This document shows positions 60,001 to 64,000 of a stretch of 64,000 bases of DNA, one piece after another (the stretch's first letter is position 1; each line of letters opens with the position of its first letter). Origin of the DNA: Podarcis tiliguerta (lineage: Eukaryota); the NCBI GenBank assembly GCA_965153285.1, contig OZ229120.1; one strand, 5' to 3'. The translations under genes and the position numbers were made by a program. Below the pieces are notes generated by a model. The model was not told where the DNA came from. It searched no databases and was given only the letters and a program-made list of their open reading frames with translations.

Positions 60001-60629
60001 GCTCTTAGTATATGGGCAGACTAGCATAGGGGTGTATTGCTTGTCTAATACAGGGAGTGGTGCTGGACCAATAGGCAAGGTGTTCATGCATGCATTGTTT
60101 GACTTCCTATTAACACTTCTAACGCTGAGGTTTGTCAGAGAGCTCAACCTTTGTAACTGAAGTAAATTTGGTGATATGTTTCTTGTGACCATGCTTCAAA
60201 GTCCGATTCCTTCCCCCCACATTATTTTGTTCTTTGTTTGTAGGGGATGTGATCCACCTTGGTGATAGACAGCTCACTGTCATGCATATGCCTGGCCATT
60301 CAAGAGGAAGCATTTGCTTACATGACAGAGAACGGAAGATATTGTTCAGTGGGGATGTGGTATATGACGGATCAATGATTGACTGGCTTCCCTACAGCAG
60401 GATAAATGACTACGTTACATCCTGCCAGCGACTGATAGACTTAGTGAATAGAGGTCTTGTAGAGAAAGTCCTTCCGGGGCATTTTAACACATTTGGAGCT
60501 GAACAGCTCTATCGTTTGGCTTCCAACTACATTTCTAATGCTGGTGTGTGCCACAAAGTTTCTACATGCGCAGTCAGATCGATTGCAAGCCTAGCACTCC
60601 GGGCCACAAATTCCAGAACAACTTCATAG
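53304..60629 (+). CDS. MBLAC2: Metallo-beta-lactamase domain-containing protein 2 (acyl-CoA thioesterase); 2 exons, 287 aa
   Basis: The join 53304-53781 + 60244-60629 = 864 nt; [13 protein letters not shown] start, HxHxDH motif (THVHFDH), PGHSRGS, FSGD, LPGH. Confidence 0.97.
58900..59480 (-). mobile_element. Highly decayed CR1 ORF2 fragment
   Basis: Resembles the reverse strand of the CR1 ORF2 3' region (atcactttgaacttacttgcactgaatttca); no intact frame. Confidence 0.5.
59630..60030 (-). mobile_element. L2-like LINE 3' fragment
   Basis: The - strand encodes [14 protein letters not shown]; cccaaagcagtttacaa 3' motif. Confidence 0.6.
60244..60629 (+). CDS. MBLAC2: MBLAC2 coding exon 2
   Basis: tttgtag|GGGATGTG ([11 protein letters not shown]...NSRTTS) then TAG. 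Confidence 0.96.
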
Positions 60630-61392
60630 TGTAACTTGTTTAATAATAATATTATTATTGTAAAACCCGATGGCATATGTAAGTTTATTTAAAGGAAAAG
60701 CTGGCTGATAAGCCATAAAGATTCTTATTTTTATCTACTTAATTTCTACTTTAAAAAAATACCAGTATAAACTAGTAGCTGTGGCAAAGCTACTAATTTT
60801 CCTTCTATTTTTTCAAGGCAGGTTTGCACATACGTTGAGTACTGTTTGACAGATGTTCTAAATTTGTTGTTTTGTATTTTGAAACATATATATGCTAAAT
60901 GAAAAGTTTTGCACCCGTGTCAAACTTTATTGATGACATCTTGAGTTAGGGATATGTGTTGAAAGTAGATTTTAAATGGTTGAAAATTATTATAAGCTGT
61001 AGTGGGGGTAGGGTGGTCATAACATTCCACTGTCTCATTACATGCACTAAGATAAAAGTACCAATAACTTCATTTTTATTGTATGGGGTGAATTTAACCT
61101 GAAGTTATTACCAAATGTTAATATAAAGCACTGCACCCTAAGTTGTTACTCTTCTTGAATTAAGTGTGTTGCATTTGACTATTGTTTCTAAAATGAAATG
61201 TAAGTGAATATTTCAAGTGTATTGCTTGCTCTTTAAATGTGACTAATGGTGTATGTATGAGTACGTGACTGTTAAAAGATTCCGTCGGATAATTTTAAAT
61301 ATAATGCACACACCCGTGATCATCTTTGGTTTCTTCTGTATAGCAGCTGTAGAAACACTTGTGTGTTGCAAATTGTTTTGTGGATTGTAGAG

Positions 61393-61398
61393 AATAAA
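61393..61398 (+). terminator. Candidate poly(A) signal of MBLAC2 (another at 63885-63890)
   Basis: AATAAA downstream of an AT-rich 3' UTR. Confidence 0.4.
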
Positions 61399-63247
61399 TT
61401 GGGTCTCAGGAGAGAGTAAATTGAATTTTTGGGGGAGATAGCTGCCAAAAAGCTACAGCTCTAGAGTCATATGTGGTTCTTTTCACATTACAGGTGTAGT
61501 TAGGACTTCAAGTAGTAGCTTTGCAACCTACAAATGTCATTCTTCTTCTTTTGTTTCTTTTTCCATTTTCCGTAATGTTTACTTTCAAGCAACTTGACAA
61601 AAATTCCTTGTCTGTTGTTTGTACTTTTCCAGTATAAAAATCCTGTGCAGCCCTCTGGGGTGTTACCAATTTATTGTGCGAAGACAGGTTTTTATCTTGT
61701 AACTATGGCACTGAAATGAAATCGATAGGAAGGATATTAGCAGTGCCCCTTGTCTTGTCAGAACAGTGAACAGCTTCGGGTTGTGGCTGTCACACAAAAT
61801 TAATTTTTTATCCTTTTGCGACTTTATTGCGTCATATTTCCCATACATCAAAGAGTACTGCACATACAGAGCTTGACCCCAGTGTAATCAGCACTTTAGC
61901 CCTCAAGGGTGGATAGGTGGATGTAGTTAATTCTTTAAATGTTAACAGTGCCTATTTCCTGTTGTAGACTAAAGCACAACAGTAAACAGGAAGATCAGAC
62001 TTGCTGGTGAATGACCGCTTAGAAATGAGGTTAGCAATTTCTTTTAGCCCTTATCTTGTTTGAAGCTTTCACCAAACAAATGGAGAAATATATAATGTTT
62101 CAGACTGCTTCACTTTGGCTATTGGCTTTGGAAATACCGTTTATTAACAGCCAAAGCCACTAATTTGATACCTTTTAATGCTAGGGAGAAAAGGCACCCA
62201 TGAGCTTGCAACTTTACAAGATATTAATCTAAAAATTAGCAAATACAAAACTAATCAGGTTGAAGACTAGTGCAGGTATAATGGAGAGGCCCTCTTGACT
62301 GGTCAAGCGATTAGGAATGGGTTGCCGGATCATTCACTCCTACTTGCAGTGGTGCCAACTCCAGTTCCCACAAAACTTTTGCTGTGGGTGCCTGGCCACC
62401 ACCTACTGCCAGTCGCCACCTTACCTTTGGTGCTCCAGTGCTGCGGGGTTGTGACATCATGTCACACCTTGACATCACAGTGTTGTGGTGTGCGTGCTGG
62501 GCATCCACAGTCTGGGGCCCAACTTGATGCCGCTGCCTACCCATTTCCTTCTCAAGTGAATTCCCTCCTGTTTTAACTGCTGCTAAGCATTGTGTCAGCA
62601 GCAATATTTAAGCACAGCTAAGGCTAACCTGGTTCCTACTTCAATTTGCAGCCAACTTGAGACTGGTACCTTGTTCATTTTGTAGAAATGTGCACCTTTT
62701 GGAATAAACTGCTACAAAATCATTCTGTTCTACTGAGGTGAACAGTAGAACACTGCTGACAGTAGAATACTGCTGAGGTGCTAGTGATTTTGAGGCATTA
62801 ATGGTGATGTTTTTCCCAGAGTTAAAGCAAACTGCCTAAAGCCTCTATTCCTTCTTTCCTACCCACCTTCTCAGTGTCTTGAAAGTTCTTTTCCAAATGC
62901 CTTACTGTGAGTGACACATACTAGACAGCTCACTCTGGGAAGAATTTAGCTAAGGAATACTGTGATTGCCAAAGGTTAGACTACTCTTAAGAACTGATCT
63001 GAGTTTCTGCTCTTGGAACAGTTCTGTTGGTACATTTTTGTTCTATAAGATGGGACATTTCTGTCCTATTTCAATGCTCACAAAGCCAGATTATCTTCTG
63101 AAGTCTTAAGTAGTTCTCGGGAAATGTAGTCAAATAGGAATCAGGCTGTGAAACTCTCCCCAAGCATGTGTTTACTCAAAAGCAAGTTCCACTCAGTTCA
63201 TTGAGTCTTTATTCTTCATAAGCCTGAGTCAGAGCTTTAACTTAGAA

Positions 63248-63385
63248 CAGGGGTGGCTAACCTGTGGCCCTCCATATATTGCTGAACTACAACTTCCATC
63301 ATCCCTAATTATTGGCCAAGCTGAATGAGGCTGCTGGGAGCTGGAGTTTAACGTCATCTGGGGGACCACAGGCTAGTCTTCGCTG
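63248..63385. mobile_element. hAT-type MITE (138 bp), ACTACAACTCCCA family
   Basis: Perfect 8-bp TSD ACTTAGAA at 63240-63247 and 63386-63393; palindromic body. Confidence 0.9.
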
Positions 63386-64000
63386 ACTTAGAAGTAAGTC
63401 GCACTTGGCTTTGGTTAGTAAAGTACAACCTTAGAGTGAAAATATATAATCTTATCTTTTATCTTAATTATTTTTATATTCTAAAACCTTGTGTATTTCT
63501 GAATGAATTTATTGAAAGACCTTTATCATTAATTATTGTAATGCCTTTAAAAATAACAAAATATATGTGTTCACTTTAAATATTACAGAGTATGATACAT
63601 TTACTATTGCTTTATTTGTAAACATTCTCTTAACATCCCCTCTGGATTCAGTATTTACAAAGGCTTAAAATGCAATTCTGTTCAACAATGTTCTTGGAGT
63701 TAAGGCAATGATATGTTGTTGATTCAACTGTTTTTACCTAAGCAAGTCATGGATTGTGCTGTAAAATGCAATTTAAAAGCATTTTAAAAAGTTGTAATGC
63801 ATTGTTCTGTCTACTGATGAAACTTTACTAATGTGCCACTGTTTTCAAGGGGAAATTGTATATTATTTTATCATAGGTATTGATAATAAAAGAATTATGA
63901 CACAAAACAGCTCTCCAGTGATCATTTCATCTTTAACCCAACCAAAGGAGAAAGTTACATGTGTTGCTTTTGAGAGATGGAATGGATGATGCCAAATGGT

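Noticed and set aside
36081-60629. Bacterial-type domains (LysM, metallo-beta-lactamase) suggesting horizontal transfer or a novel defence cluster
   Set aside because: Both are standard intron-containing vertebrate genes in their conserved syntenic order.
1-64000. CRISPR arrays, rRNA, snoRNA or miRNA genes, full-length autonomous transposons
   Set aside because: None recognised by eye; the hairpins seen are explained by MITEs with TSDs. An Rfam/Infernal scan would be needed to exclude small ncRNAs.

Overview
Vertebrate genomic DNA, most likely a squamate. The repeat content (Squam3-like SINE, tRNA-Lys/CR1-tail SINE, many hAT/Tc1/Harbinger MITEs) points to a lacertid lizard; this is an inference. 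The window holds the conserved ADGRV1-LYSMD3-POLR3G-MBLAC2 gene block (human 5q14.3 order). ADGRV1 (- strand) contributes coding exons 1-8 (1509 nt, 503 codons) and continues off the left edge. LYSMD3 (+) has a complete CDS in 2 coding exons (281 aa). POLR3G (-) has a complete CDS in 7 coding exons (212 aa) that the ORF track misses. MBLAC2 (+) has a complete CDS in 2 exons (287 aa). Three CpG-island promoters are present; POLR3G and MBLAC2 are head-to-head. I read all exon borders by hand at GT/AG sites and the phases are consistent. Comparisons with human proteins are from memory, not from a database search. I found no new protein-coding system. The best leads are regulatory and are all untested hypotheses: a Pol III-type tRNA-derived SINE in the first intron of the Pol III subunit gene POLR3G, MITEs carrying ZNF143-like motifs next to two promoters, a tandem-acceptor switch between a uORF and an N-terminal extension in LYSMD3, and 5' and intronic features of ADGRV1.
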